A stretch of 22,740 nucleotides of DNA from Ginkgo biloba (Eukaryota > Plantae > Ginkgophyta): positions 140,007,597 to 140,030,336 of the forward strand of contig JANKJI020000004.1 in NCBI GenBank assembly GCA_024626585.2, read 5' to 3'. Position numbers and translations under genes: made by a program. Under the pieces are notes generated by a model. The model was not told where the DNA came from, did no database searches, and was given only the letters and a program-made list of their open reading frames with translations. Positions 21,195-22,740 of this stretch are shown here, one piece after another (position 1 is the first letter of the stretch; the number at the start of each line of letters is the position of its first letter).

Positions 21195-22740
21195 ATTGAC
21201 AACAAAGGAGAGAAACCCAAGGAAGGATTATTTATTTTATTGATGGAGAATTTTTTAGTAAGAAAGGCATGACGATGACTAATAATGTCGCTAGAATTTT
21301 TGTGTGTCAGTTTGGACCTGACCAACACTGACATGGATATGAGGAGATTGCGCAAGGTGACATCATTGGATGGTTGATGACCAACGACCGACAAGGAGTG
21401 CACCGACAATATCTCGCCAACATGGTCAGATGGCAAGAATGATGACCAACATTGTCGGTGGATGAATTGAAGGAAAGAGACATCGGTAGAGTATGATGGA
21501 GGATGACTAACATTATCAGAGAGTGGATAACATACATCAACATGGAAGATCAAAGAATGACATGGTCAGTGAAGAAATAGAGGACTGATACTCACAAAAG
21601 AGATAAATACCAACATGGTCAGAGTAAAGGCATAAGAATATATATTGTCGATGAAATGTAGATGGAGGCCACAAGGTCGAGGAAGGTAGTGATAGACTAA
21701 CATCAATAGGATCAATGACAACTGACATCGACATGGTCTAGGGACCCAAAGATCCCAAATTAACATAAAATATGGTAAAATGATATGATAACAGGCTATG
21801 CCAGAGATGAACAATGGAGGAGCTTCACCTACCTCACTAATCAAATTTAAGGCTGAAGAAGGATGAAATGGGAGTCACGATGAGGGTTATGTGTAGGTAG
21901 TCCAAAACCATAAATAATGCATCTACCAGGCGATGAAATAGGATGGTGCAGGCATGGGCCATCACACCTTGGCAAGTCGTGATTGGTAGAGTACCTGACA
22001 CAGCATTTATGCATCCATCAACTGAGTCCTTGGGAGGACAAAAATCTCATGCCAAAGCTAGGAACTTGAAATCTGAATAGGAGGCAGATGGAAAGAGGTT
22101 GGCTAAGGGAAAGTATGGGCAGGTGACTAGAAATCAAGAGAACCAAAGTAGAGAAGGGGAATGCGCATCCAGATTGGTGAGAAAAGTTAGCGATAGAAGC
22201 ACCGATGGTGAGACAATGGCATGAGTAGGCAGAATGAGGCAAATTTTGGAGAGTTTGAGTAAGTAAAACTATGTCTAGTTGAATCCCTCCTACTAGGGAC
22301 ATGAATTGTTATGTAATTTTGATAGTGGGTAATTCAAGCATTATAAATTATTGTAAAATTTTGCCATAGGGCAAACCCTAGCTTTATAATGTCTATTTTG
22401 TTATTCTATTTGTAATTTTCCAATTTAATACAAGGTGTAATTTTAAGAAGCGAATTTAAAATATTAAGTACCTACGTGTATGAGCTTCCATTGCTATCAT
22501 TACGCTTTCTTGAGGAGTTAGGGTCTACTTTAAGCCTGTGAGGTTCATAATCCCTTTGTAGCCCGTGGTCTTCACCCACTTCCTGCATCACTTCCTTCTT
22601 TTCTTTTACACTTTGATAATATCTTTATAGTGCTTATACATCCTTCTTAGTACTTAGCCTCTTAGCATATCAATGATCCCCAAGGTAAAATGAAGTATTC
22701 AAATTTTAGAAATATAATTCGGGTTGTATCTAATGAAGAA
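21195..22740 (+). mobile_element. Probable LTR-retrotransposon non-coding region or LTR, running off the window
   Basis: PPT-like attgacaacaaaggagagaa at ~21195-21214, decayed palindrome array, TATA-like ttataaat at ~22341 and aaaccctag at ~22373; no coding motif recognised. Confidence 0.4.
21277..21740. repeat. Array of decayed imperfect palindromes, consensus ACCGACA(T/A)(T/G)GTCGG
   Basis: About 15 full or half units, e.g. ACCGAC at 21387 and 21402, GCCAACATGGTCAG 21416, ACCAACATTGTCGGT 21445, ACTAACATTATCAG 21506, TGACATGGTCAGT 21558, ACCAACATGGTCAG 21609, ACTGACATCGACATGGTC 21721. Confidence 0.75.

Noticed and set aside
21191-22302. Several minus-strand ORFs of 65-120 aa, and the palindrome array as CRISPR
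   Set aside because: The ORFs are low-complexity products of the repeat-rich strand; the repeats are short, degenerate and irregular, with no cas context.

Overview
Eukaryotic nuclear DNA from a gappy draft assembly (many N runs, several exactly 100 bp, i.e. unknown size), most likely a large-genome non-flowering vascular plant (gymnosperm or fern; inferred from retroelement families, CG/CHG decay and a seemingly unedited mitochondrial atp1 fragment). Roughly three quarters of the window is decayed transposable elements: three L1-type LINE relics (about 90-2251 +, 5400-6854 +, 17279-21190 -), two Ty3/Gypsy relics (about 2249-4790 - and 7010-10555 -), one CACTA terminus (ends 13959) and a probable LTR region (about 21195-22740). 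Between them, about 10560-16300 is a non-TE, gene-like island on the minus strand with a transit-peptide-like first exon (16113-15756) and several candidate short exons; I cannot name its product. Most notable: a ~400 bp mitochondrial-like insert with a 75-nt atp1 fragment inside a Gypsy gag, a decayed ACCGACA-N-TGTCGG palindrome array, and 12-aa repeats downstream of a Gypsy integrase. No intact TE ORF, RNA gene or CRISPR array is supported, and I cannot claim a new biological system. All translations and alignments were done by eye against family consensus motifs from memory, so boundaries are approximate.
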